A stretch of 63,580 nt of DNA, filler included, from Guillardia theta CCMP2712 (Eukaryota > Protista > Cryptophyta): NCBI RefSeq assembly GCF_000315625.1. It is 6 parts of 6 records of this genome, joined end to end, with 100 filler letters (N's around TTAATTAATTAA, not from the genome) between each part and the next. Parts side by side here need not be neighbours in the genome. Positions count along the whole stretch, not along the records: positions 1 to 6,940 come from NW_005434224.1; positions 7,041 to 13,247 come from NW_005434212.1; 4 more parts are not named here. The stretch is one strand, 5' to 3'. Under the pieces are notes generated by a model. The model worked only from the letters and a program-made list of their open reading frames with translations. It did not search any database and was not told the origin of the DNA. The translations under genes and the position numbers were made by a program. Within the stretch, counting starts at the first letter, position 1. Each line of letters begins with the position of its first letter. Of the stretch, positions 1 through 11,530 are shown in pieces.

Positions 1-505
1 CCTCCATCACCACCTCAATTTATCTCCATCAGCAGCACCTCTATCATCTCCATCAGCAGCACCACCACCACCTTGACTTGGACCTCCATCTCCTTCTTGT
101 CTCTCCCTTCCCTCTCCTCTCTCTCTACATTCCCTCATACTCGTTTTCATTCACCTGCAAGAATTCTGCGACGGGAAATTCTTGGCTACCATCCAACAGC
201 TTCTGTCCCAACCAACCTCTCAGCTCCCTCCCCGCCCCTCCACCCGCATGCTCCCAACCTGCTTGCTGTCGTCACCAGCCACGTCCGCCATGCTCGATCG
301 CAAGGAAACCCTGTCAGACGTCATGGGCTCGACCAGGAAAGCAACACGATCACATGCTGCTCGTCCTGGGTCTCAGTGCCGGAGCTGCAGAGAGGCCTGA
401 GCTTTGGCGGGCGTGGAGGAACTTGGCAGGGGAAGTAGCGATGAAGGCGCAGGCACTCGAAACCGCCACAAGCAGGAGAGCGGCGCGTGTGAAACCTCGA
501 CTCAT
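1..505 (-). CDS. 5' part of a nucleus-encoded, probably plastid-targeted protein (spliced; runs off the window)
   Basis: ATG at 505 gives MSRGFTRAALLLVAVSSACAF-IATSPAKFLHARQSSGLSAAPALRPRTSSM: signal peptide, ASAF-like cleavage motif and S/R-rich transit peptide. Short GT-AG introns keep the frame (VSLRSSMADVAGDDSKQ|KLLDGSQEFPVAEFLQ). Confidence 0.75.
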
Positions 506-930
506 GGCGTGCAATGTGCTCTCTTTCGCTCGCAAGCACTCAGACGCCTGCAGAAGGAGAACGTCACGCCCCGATGCAGCAAAATCATTGAACCGACTGA
601 TCTCTCTCCCGACCCTTCTTCTTCCCTCTTCTTCTTCCCTCTTCTCCTTCCCTCTTCTCCTTCCCTCTTCTCCTTCCCTCTTCTCCTTCCCTCTTCTCCT
701 TCCCTCTTTCTTTCCCTCTCCGAGTTTCCCCTACTCCCACCCTTTTTACCCTCTCATGCTTCTTCCTATCTGACCTCCTCGACTATCTCTCTTCCTCAGC
801 GTCCGTTCGTCATGGTCAGTCACTTGCGGAGATACGGGGGCAGGACTGGCAGTTCACAAGGGAGGGAAGGATAGGCATGATGCAGGGGAAAGTGTAAGGC
901 AGGCAGAAGCGTAGAATGAGGACAAGAGAG

Positions 931-1268
<338 letters not shown>

Positions 1269-1519
1269 AGCGGCTTCACTTCCTCCCACGTCCTCCTCAT
1301 GCGCAAACAGCCTCCACAAGCCTGCTCCGGGTCCCCGGCCGTCGCCCGGCCCGGCCCGCTGCCGCCGGTGCCCGCCGGGTGACTCAGTTTCTGAACTAAG
1401 TCATCCCGATGCTCACCGGGGGCCCCTCCCACCCCTTCTGCACTTTGAGTAAACAGTCAAAAAGACTAGAGTAACACTAGTTTACCCCTCAGCGCACGAT
1501 TTGGCACTCGATTATGGAA

Positions 1520-2110
1520 AGTACAAACCTTGGGATCTTTGAGCAGCAGCCCATCAGCTTGGGTGGCTGCCGCTGACAAGTTTCTTCATGGATTGCCGGT
1601 TACCCGGCACCAGGCAGAACGTTTCCCAACATGGCCCTGAAGATCATGATGTAGGGGACTTTGAACTTCCACAACTGATGGCTACTGGCGGCGGATGGCA
1701 TGGCAACGGTTAATCCTGGACAGGCTTCAGCATGTCACATGTTTTTGACAATCATCGGATGGAATACCGGACCTCGCTCGGAGCAAACTGCAAGCGGCAG
1801 CACAGCGGAAGATCCGTGGACATCGTAGTGCATATGCTCAGCACGTCCCGCCAAAGGCCTTTCTTCCCATCATCGCCAGCACTGATGGTCTCTTGCAGGG
1901 ACGATGCGTTGCGCTTTCTGTGGTGGCTGGGCGGATCGCTCGGCGAACAAGGAACTTGACGGCAGCGCTGGATGGTCTCTCGGCCTCTCAAGACGTCTCA
2001 GGTGATCCGACTTGCAAACGCATCCGGTCCAGGATCTTTCGTCAGCTCAAGGCCTCCCTGTCCTACGCTGCCATCATCATGAGTCGCGGGTGCATCCCGG
2101 TATGCGTCTC
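1520..2110 (+). mobile_element. Decayed 3' end (restriction-like endonuclease domain) of a CRE/R2-group non-LTR retrotransposon
   Basis: Frameshifted translation HDVGDFEL...LILD.FSMSHVFD...SKLQAAAQRKIRGHRSAYAQHVPPKAFLPIIASTDGLLQ/DALRFLWWL...RIFRQLKASLSYAA follows the RLE layout (P/G)D..D...H..AA..K...Y..FxP...ST.G. No introns, several indels. Confidence 0.6.
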
Positions 2111-2912
2111 ATTCCTTCGGCGGCGGCCACCGCGACATCGCTGGCATGGCCGCGCGGGGGACTTGTCCTGCGCGCCGTTAAGTGAAGGTATCAGTTAAGT
2201 TTGGGGGACAGCAGTCGGCAGGATTAGGTTTGGTTCTCGCTGTCTTTCTCTTCTCGCCGTTTGGCCTGTGCGACAGTGTCAGGGTCAAGCCTCCTCGACT
2301 CTCATTATTGTCCTCGTACTGATTTTTAACTTAATTTTGAGTGAAGGAAAATCAGTGATAGTAACACTCAGTGACTCTTGCGTCGTACTCGTCGTCATCG
2401 TTGCGCAGTCGAAACCCGGTGTGATCCGGGGCCGGCCCGGTCCCTACTGCGGCGTCCGACCGTGTCAAGCAGCCGCTCCGACTCCGAGTGATAGTACCAA
2501 TAATAGCAGCACTGAGCCGGGCTCAAAGTGACCTGTTTTTTTGTTTTAAAACATTTTTGCGGTCAAAAAGACTATTTTACTACTGTCAGTGCGGTGGTGG
2601 GGAAAAGTCACGGCTCGGAGCACTAAAATATAACGTAAGATTGGCCAATATACCAACTTTCAATTATCAGTACGAGAAAGTACCAATCATTGAATACACG
2701 AACAAGTTTAGTACCTTATGTTAGTACTGATGTGTTCGTACTCGTACTGTAGGATTTGTACCGGGCACTGATTACTTCATTTTTGCATTTCCTTCATCGG
2801 GTGGTCAGGCGAAACGATCGGTTTGGTGGTCATTTGCGGGATTTCAGGGGTAGGGTGGTATACTGAGGGGTGGTTCCACAGATGATCTCAGGGGTTTAAG
2901 GTACGATAATAA

Positions 2913-3325
2913 GGGCCGTTTCACGCGAAGCCCAATGGTCGAGTTTGTCAGCAAGTGTGGTACTATTTTTTACTCAAACAAATTGAAATCATCTGGCCCA
3001 TTGACATAAAAGTACAATTTAATTCCAAAGGTCGAGATGGTGAACCGTTGCGGTCGAGTTTGTCAGCAAAATGAGTACCCCTGATTTAATTCAACAAAAG
3101 AAGGGGTGGGTGGAGGCTACAGTTGGTCAAACTGATCGTTTGAAATCAAATTGAAAGGCAGCCTAGGTTGTATGATAGCCTTTAAATACCGGGATGTTTG
3201 TTATGAAATATCGAACCCTGAGCATGGGCTACACATGATAATTTCACCTTTAAAAACATGTAAAATTCAAATGCATTTAAAACTATTGGAAAAACTCGAG
3301 CTTTGGGCTCGGCGTGAAACGGCCC
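2913..3325. mobile_element. 413-bp MITE, PIF/Harbinger (Tourist-like)
   Basis: 34-bp TIRs with 4 mismatches (GGGCCGTTTCACGCGAAGCCCAATGGTCGAGTTT vs reverse complement of 3292-3325). TAA on both sides (2910-2912, 3326-3328). AT-rich interior with an internal GGTCGAGTTTGTCAGCAA duplication. Confidence 0.85.
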
Positions 3326-3586
3326 TAATAATCCGGACGGAGATAGAAGGGACAGGGGTGGGTAGTCATTAAAGTCACAAGCAGGGAGAAAGGGGGTGGG
3401 GTCTGAGGTGCAGGTTCATTTTGTAGCGAAAATGGATCGTCCGGGGGTATGGGTGCAATCGATGGTACCCGACACAGCTGATTCAGGCATAGGGGGTAGG
3501 GTACTGTACTAGACTCTAAATGACCGGTACCCGGAGAGGAATTTTCAAAGAGAGCTACGGGATGAAGGATGTCAACGTCTTGGTGA

Positions 3587-3634
3587 TAGGGGTAGGGGTA
3601 GGGGTAGGGGTAGGGGTAGGGGTAGGGGTAGGGG
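3587..3634 (+). repeat. (TAGGGG)8 G-quadruplex-prone, telomere-like tract
   Basis: Eight perfect TAGGGG units. Confidence 0.9.
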
Positions 3635-3848
3635 CAGTTCCGTGTGCAAGCTTAGGGCTGGGGTACGTGGGGTAGGGTGACTACTGGCGGTCCATGATAA
3701 CTATGGCAAAGGAAACCTGAGAGGAGACGAGTGTGAGTCTTGAAGGAGGAGGAGGAGGAGGAGGAGGTGTTCTCTTGGATGTGACCGCTTCGATGTCTAG
3801 ACGGAAGGATGCGGAGTGACCTGTGAAGCAAGATGCCGACGAGAGGAC

Positions 3849-6504
3849 ATGCATGGAAGGAAATCAGCTGCATATAGCACGGGAGGAGCAGGAGGCATGG
3901 GCAGCAAACCGGTGAGGGGGTGTCGATGTGCTCACCTGAGTTCTCTCACGGCCACTATGGTGCAGAAGACATTTGCGGAAGAGACAAACGCCCCCAGGGG
4001 AGCAGCATGGATGGACGAGAAGTCGGAGGAAGAAGAAGGGAGTGAACAGCAGAGGGCGGGATGCTATCAGAAGGCTTGGATCTATCCCGAGTTGCCCTGG
4101 TGATCAAACACCTTGCTGATCTGTCCGAGATGACTTCATTCCGATGTCGATAGGGGAGCGCCGCCGTCATGGAATGAGAACCACCTGTTCTCTTCCAAGT
4201 TCTTGGCCATCTGGGAGGTGGGGAGAGTCAGGTTGTGATGACAACTGAGCTTGAGTTTGCAGTGCCTCACGTGCATGGCTTGCTTGTACATCGCATTCAT
4301 CGTGCCGTATCTTGCTGGATTTGATGATCACAAAGCAGAGCAATACGCCTTGTTCAAGAGATGTGGCATCAAATGTAAGCCTGCGGTGCCCGGCTCTCCT
4401 TGATTCACCTCATCGTGTTCTAGATGCGGGACAGGATGTTTATGGAACTCTCTTTGCTCTCATCGACCTGACTTGCGATGTGATGTTTGTCGTCGACTTG
4501 ATCCTCAACTTTCATATCGCGTACTGGAAGATAGACAACCGGGGACGAGGTCTGGCAGACTGTGGACTTCAATCGAGTTCTGACGTCTTGCTGCGGTTCA
4601 GAGCATTGGGTGTTGGTTGATGACTTGAAGACAATTCGCTCTCAATACTTGAGAACGAACTTCTTGACGGTGAGAATCCTTGCATGCGTACTTCACAACC
4701 TCCCCTGCGTCGTGACACTTGTTCCTTCAGGATCTTGTTGGCGTGTTGCCTTGGCAATACCTCGATGTGAGTCGAAACCTTGACGAGAACTTGCTCTGAA
4801 TGTGATGAAGTGTGCCGAACTGCCAACTAACTTCAAGATCCTGAGGCTTTTTCGCCTCTTGAAGCTCTTCAGGCTCTATCGACTTCGACGAGCAATCAAG
4901 GTCGAGGACTGTTGTTGACAAACATGCTCTTCTGACCAAAGGCGGCAGCTCATCTACTTCAAGTATCCAAGAAGCGTTTTCTTCTTCACGGGTGATGTGG
5001 AACAAGGGGCTGACAGACTGTGATTTTGTCGAACCTCAGGAATAGAGCTATTTGTTTCTATGTTCTTAGTCGCGCACTGGTACCCGCGACTCGCTGCCTC
5101 CCGCTGTATCTCAGCTATGCTCAGGTTGTGCTGCGCCTGGTTCTATGTCGGGGTGAAGACCAAGGGATGGGTGGTAGCACAGCATATCATGGACGAGGTT
5201 TGTCAACACTTGTTTGTTGGTGACCCTCACCTTTCCGTACAGAATGGTGAATTTGTGTCCGACGACTTGCTGTATCAATGGGTCACTTCAATCTGTACGT
5301 TGAGATGTGGTTGAGTCGCATGACTGAGAATCTTTCAGATTGGGCGATCACCACCATGACAACGATCGGGTCCTTTCAAACCGATATGCATTATGCAAGA
5401 AGTATGTTTACACGTGTTTGCTTCTAGTTATGGCGACATTTCTGCAACTACGGAGCAGGAACGAGAGCTGGTACACGACCTAACTTGACCCTTCTTGTTG
5501 CAACTACCAACTCCCCTGTGTGTGTGAGACTGGCGCAGGCGTGCCTGGTGATGGTCATTGGATGCGCCTTCTTTGCTTGGAGCACCGGAAAGATCACTCA
5601 GATGTTGACGGATCAGAAACGTTGCCAGATAAGGTTAAGCTGTCACTGGGCTCCTCTTTTGCTGACCTGGTCGGCAGGTTCCGAGACAAGCTGGATGAGC
5701 TCTCAGGGTTCGTCAAGGCAAGAGACCTCCCAGAAGAGCTCGTGCAACAGATCAAGTCCTCTCCTCCTCTCATGACGTCGCTGTCATGACCTCGCTTGCA
5801 GATCGTTCTACATGTTGAAGTTTCCCGCCATGTATGTCATCCGAGCTTGAGGGGCTGCAGTCTTGACCGAGGCCCTTGACAGGCGCATCTTCGATGAAGA
5901 CGCTATCTTCGCGGACCTGCCGAGCGGGCTCAGCAAGGCGGTGAGAAGTCGGGGCAGCAAGGGAGGGGAGTGAAGTTTTGTCAAAGGTCAAGGTGGAGCT
6001 TTTCAAAGATATCGTGCTGCAGTGTCCTCTCTTCCATGCCGTTGAGCGATCGATCGCGATCGAGATCTGCTCCTGCCTCAAGGTCAACTCCCCGCCTCCT
6101 CCTCCTCCCTACTTACGCCCCTCGCAGCAAGTCTACGTCACAGGGGATGTGGAGATCACGTCAGAGGTCTTGCCTCCTCCTCCTCGTCCTCCTCCTCGTC
6201 CTCCTCCTCGTCCTCCTCCTCGTCCTCGTCCTCGTCCTCCTCCTCGTCCTCGTCCTCGTCCTCATCCTCGTCCTCGTCCTCCTCGTCCTCCTCCTCCTCC
6301 ACTTGTGCTCAGCTCTGATAGCCCCGTTCCAGGGAGAGATAGCAGACGCCATGTACATCGTCCGGTGACTTTCTACTTGTCGTCTTCTCTCCTCTTCTCG
6401 CTCCTCCCCTCTCCTCTCCCGTCGTCTCCTCTTCTTGACTCGCGCGGCAGCTTTGGGCTTGTGGGGCTGTGGGTCCACGGGCAAGAGATCAGCGTAGCTC
6501 GACG
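3849..6504 (+). CDS. Cyclic-nucleotide-binding-domain voltage-gated K+ channel (KCNH/HCN/CNG superfamily); multi-exon, 3' end lost before the gap, start approximate
   Basis: Spliced exons give S1 (LACLYIAFIVPY), S2 (DVMFVVDLILNFHIAY), S4 (FKILRLFRLLKLFRLYRLRR), pore YWAITTMTTIGYGDIS, S6 (VIGCAFFAWSTGKI), C-linker (RFRDKLDELSGFVKARDLPEEL) and CNBD (GEIADAMYIVR). Confidence 0.93.
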
Positions 6505-7562
6505 GTGAGTGACGAGAGTGGGACCAAAAGACTAAGACGAGGAGGAGGAGGGGGAGGACAGGGAGGAGAGGGAGGAGAAGGACGGGGAGGAGAGGGAGGA
6601 GAGGGAGGAGGAGGAGAGGGAGGAGGAGGAGGAGGAGGAGGAGGAGGAGGAGGAGGAGGGAGTAGGAGGAGGACGGGAGGAGGAGGGGGAAGAGGAGGAC
6701 GAGGACGAGGATGAGGAAGAGGACGAGGACGAGGAGGAGGATGCGGACGGGGATGAGGTGGGTAAGGTGGTCGATTTCGGCATCCTGGGCAAAGATGTTT
6801 CATCCAAAGAAAGAGCAAACATTCACCTCGCTCTCGTCTCTAGAAACCTATAGCGAATCCTCTGCACCGGCCCCTTCCCCCATCGCTGCCTGATCGTCAT
6901 CTCAAGAGGATATCACCGCAGAATACATTAAACTCCGGGCNNNNNNNNNNNNNNNNNNNNNNNNNNNNNNNNNNNNNNNNNNNNTTAATTAATTAANNNN
7001 NNNNNNNNNNNNNNNNNNNNNNNNNNNNNNNNNNNNNNNNCCTCCTCTCCTCCTCCCACTCCCGCCCCCGCCCCCCGCCCCCCCTCCCCCCCCCCCCCAC
7101 CCCTGTGCATTATTACCTTGAGGTGCGTCACTTTATTTTTTCAACTTCCGCACCAACCAGGGGACTGTAAAGGTTAAAAAAACAAAAGTTCATAATGAGA
7201 TTGTCCTCGTACTGATTTTTAACTCAACTTTGAGTAGACTGACATCTCACTGAGTGACGGCCCAGTATCTAGTAACTCAGCCTTCCGGACTCCGGCGGCC
7301 GGGCGGGCCGGGCCTACCCGAGGGGCGGCGGCGTGATCGGACCGGACCGCCGCGGCCACAGTCCGATCCGGGGCCCGATATTGTTAGATCAGTAATTTAG
7401 TCACGGTTGGCCGTGTACGTCACTGATCATGCGGCGGCTGCGGCCTGCCGCCGCCCAGCCCGGCACGGTCTGGCAGTGACACTGGCCCGCCAGTTGAACC
7501 GACCGTACTCATCAGTAACCATCTTGGCATGGCATGATGATTTCATAAAGTTGATCGACAAT

Positions 7563-10330
7563 TTACCAGCTTCCTCCTCCTCCTCCTCCTCCTTCACTGC
7601 TTCCTCCTCCCCAACCCTGGAAGTGCGACCCTTCGCTTCCCTTGCCCCGCACTTCCTGCGCATGCTGCCGGATACGGTCACATTGAAGCCCAGCAAGTGA
7701 CTCGGCGACCACAAACTTACCCTCGTGATTCGCTGGTAGTTCCTCTGTCAGCCCAACGTCAGCTGGGATCAGGATCGAAACGAAAGGGACCCGCACCTCG
7801 ATCTCCCGCTCGACATCAGTGAAGACGACCGGACGATCAGTGAAGTTCTCGAAAATAGTCGAAGAGATGAGGTCGGGGAACCTTGTCAAGGGAGTGAATA
7901 CACTCCGCTCCGCTCCCATCCTCCTCCTCTCCTCCCCTCTCCTCCCCTGTCCTGCCCTCTTCTCCCTGCTTGCCTCCCCTCAAATCCTCTCCCATCCTCC
8001 CTCCTGTGTGCTCCTTTGCTTTCCTCTCCTTCGCTCGCCTCGCCTCGCTTCTCCCCTCCTCTCCCTTCTCCTCCACAACCTCCTCCGGAGAGACCCGAGG
8101 CGAAACATGGCGTCCTGCTGCTGCCTGTACAAGGATGAGTCCTCGTCCTCCATGGCCGCCGCGTGCAAGAGGACCAGGAACTTGTGTCAGCTGGTGGGCT
8201 GCTGCGAGCAGGGATGATGCTGGATGAAGACAAGTCCCTCCGGCAGATGGGGCAGTTCCGGTGAGTCTCCAGCCATGGCTCGAGGCAGCTCATGCAGAAC
8301 CTGAGCTGGTCAGTAGCCGGAGGTGTCATGCGATGGGGAGGAGGTACCTGTGGCCGCAGCCCAGCACCATGCTGTTGGACTTGTCGTTGTCGGAGGAGGG
8401 AAAGGCGTAGTCTTCGAGGCAGACAGGACACTGCCAGCTACTGGGAGTCAAGGAGGGAGAGAAACGAAAGTTGCGTATGTACCGAGCGTTATCGTTGGAA
8501 CCTGAAAGAAAATTGATCAGAGAAGGCAGCGAGGGTGTAGGAAAGCAGGCTAGGAAGGAGTTGAGAAGATGGAGGAGGAGAAGCGAGTGGGGTGATGGGG
8601 AGCAGCAGGAGAGGAGAATGAGGAGGGGAGTGGGGGGGAGGGGGTTGGCAAAACCAGCTGAATGACCTTTTCGTGCAGCCTCGAGCTTCTTGCCCGCGGT
8701 CTCTTCGATTCGCTTGAGGAGCGACATCGCCTTCAGTTGCATAAAGTCAGGAGGGCAGGAGGGCAGGAGAGCGAGGGTGCAAAAGGTGCGGCGGTATGGC
8801 AGGAGCTGGGACAGAGCAGGGAGATGATGGCAGGGAAACGGGCAGAGCAGGGCAGGGCAGACTTGCAATCACCTTCTTGAATTCATCCTTCCTGTTTCTG
8901 TCCTGATATTGTTTGTATGATGCCGTTGCAAGGAAGAAAGCTACGATGCTGGAGAAGATGATAATGTTCTACACCAGCAATCATCTCAACTTCACTCACT
9001 GCCAAACAGCATGCGGACCTTGTATCTTGCCCAGAATGTTTTCTTCTCGGAAATTCGCGTGATGATTTCTTGCACGCCCTTCAGGAGCTGTAAAAGGGTG
9101 AGGGGCAGCAGAGGACAGCAACAGTCTACAGCTTGATCGAAGTATCCCTGTCGCAGCACCGGCCTCATGACGTCGACGATTTGGTTGCAGACGCTGATCG
9201 AGCTGGTTAGCGTGTGAGGTGAGGTGAACAGGAGGAGGCGACCTGTCGGGGAGCTTGTTCCGAGCCAGCCGGCCAGTAGAGATGTACACCTGTAGGGCTC
9301 TCACAAAGGAAGAGACGATTGGCTTGCCCCAGCAGGAAGTTTTCTGTACCTGACGGTCCTCTTTGGAAACGAACAGCAGGACTCCGTTGCCGATGCCTTA
9401 AACATTTTTCACTCCCTCGAGCTCGCTACCCTCCAGGGCTCACCCGCGCTTCCCAGCCCCCAGTTGTCGTGCACTTGTCGAGCGTATCTAGAGGAAGGGA
9501 CAAGTCATCACGACTGCACACGAGGCTGGTCTTACCGGGTAGCGAGCTCCCTCCTGTCTTTGTCCGCTGGTCCCATCCTGCAAACTTGGTTACAATGCAA
9601 ACAAGCACTGCATCTCATATACTTGTTTACGATCGCTACCGCAATCTGCAGATCATGGACTAGTGAAGTTTCGTCGTCTTTCAGTCCGACTTGTTTCCTA
9701 GCTGCGAGCAGAATCATCAGAGCTCAGAGGAGACTGTACAAGACGCACCCGCATCGATCATCTCGTCCATCTGATCTGCAGACTTCCTGCGTCATCGTCA
9801 CTCGTGCTTCTGTATAGTCCAACAACTCGACCTTGATATCAAACCATCGGGATCGCACACAGAGGACGAGTGCTTCACTGTCGATCTCCCGCAGGCGCTG
9901 TCATCCTGTCAAGTACATGGAGGCACAAGAGTAAGGAGCAAACCTTGCTCCCTCCTTGGTCGAGGGGTTCGGCAGAGCACTGCTTGGCCAACCCTGGGCT
10001 CCGTTTCAGGTACTTGGGACAGCTCCCAGACTTCAAACTGCCACCTTGACGGTGTACTTGTGTTTCTTCTCGCCTCTTGTCTCGAGGACCTCCTGGTTTC
10101 TTCGGTCCTAAGATCCTGAACGATCAGTGGAGAGCACGACGAGTCCGTCAATCCTACCTTGGTGTCTGCTGTCGCCATGCCTTGCAAGACGAGCAGCAAA
10201 GAAACGACGGCTACGATATTGCATGAGATAATTTCATCGCACACATCAAAGCAAGAGGCTTACCGACAATGCTTTCGAGTCTCCTCTTTCGTACGATGAA
10301 CTTCAAGCTGGACATTCGCCGATTTCGCAT
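7563..10330 (-). CDS. Membrane protein: signal peptide + MOLO-1/TPM domain + TM + RING finger + Gly-rich GGGGGGGSW C-terminus (start approximate)
   Basis: Exons: VAVVSLLLVLQGMATA; CGRSTVKHSSSVCDPDGLIS (MOLO-1 type); VYISTGRLARNKLPD...VMRPVLRQGYFDQAV (TPM); CPVCLEDY...LGCGH|RFCMSCLEPWLETHRNCPICR (RING); terminal FQGWGGGSSEGGGGGGGSW*. Confidence 0.8.
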
Positions 10331-11252
10331 CTGCGACCCACACATGTAAGGTCTCCCTCCCTACGTACTGCATCTCTATCTCTTTCTCATTGTTTCCTTC
10401 TCTTCCCTTCCCTTCTCTTCTCTTCTCTTCCCTTCCCTTCTCTGCGCTGCGCTGCCATGCCCTGTGCTCGCTTCTCGTTTCCCCCCATGGTCCCCAGAGG
10501 CCTAAATGGGATGTAGCAAATTTCTGCAAACTTACCGTTATTTGAGTAAATAGTTTACTTATCTCATCCTCGCGGTAGTACTGACGAGTTACAGCCTGTC
10601 GGTCCTCGGCGGGCCGCCCGGCCCGGCCCGGTACCACCGTACGGGGTAGTACCCGGCCAGGCAGCGCCCGGCGCGCAGGCTCCCCGGGGCCAGACCGTAC
10701 GCCAACGTACCTTTCGGCCCAGTTACGTTTGGGGGACAGCATTCGGCAGGATGAGGGTTCAATTGGTTCGACCTCCGAATCACTCGGAGCCTGGTCGCCA
10801 CTGGGTTGACCCGGCGGGCCGGGCCGGATTATGTCCTGCGATCCCTTTTGTAAAAACTTGTACAGTTGATCCCTGCCCGCCTCATCAACGATTAACGGTT
10901 ACAAACATTCATTTTACGGTATAACCGCCAGCCGCAGGCCCCTTTAGATGGACGGCGAAAATGCATGGGGAGGTGCACGGGCACTGGACGGGGGGAAGGA
11001 GGAGGAGGAGAGGAGGAGGAGGAGAGGAGGATGTTGATGTTACAGAGAGATGAAACAAGGTAGATTACGATGAAGAGGGACAGACATGTTGAGGATGAAG
11101 TGAGGAGAAACAGAGTGAGTTGGGTACCACCCCAGCAGGATAGGGAGTAGATGAATCGTTGTGCAGAGATGGCTTTTGATCCTAGACTTGCACTATCGTG
11201 AACCTCATCGTATCTCTGCAATTACTCTTGTCGTTGGAAATCATAGTGAAAC

Positions 11253-11321
11253 AACTTACCTGGCTGTACTTCCCCAACCTATCTGGCTGGACTTCCCCAA
11301 CTTACCTGGCTGTACTTCCCC
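11253..11321. repeat. 3 x 23-bp tandem repeat AACTTACCTGGCTGTACTTCCCC
   Basis: Units 1 and 3 identical; unit 2 has 3 substitutions. Confidence 0.9.
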
Positions 11322-11530
11322 ATGCGATCCATTGAGGTTTCCTTGACAACTTTTGAGTTGCTACTTTATGATCGTTGTGTCTTTGACAAAGTTTTTCTGC
11401 AGATGTTTGGTCGTTGAGAAACTGGACTTATTCTTTCCAAACCCTCCCCTTATTCTTTATTCGCCCATGATGACATCCCATGGTGTCATGCCATTTTTCT
11501 GAAGTACTCAGACGGCGCAAGGGTTTTTGC

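Noticed and set aside
6985-6996. TTAATTAATTAA palindrome between N runs (also 13292, 29444, 35622, 62014)
   Set aside because: Artificial six-frame-stop contig linker inserted by the assembly pipeline.
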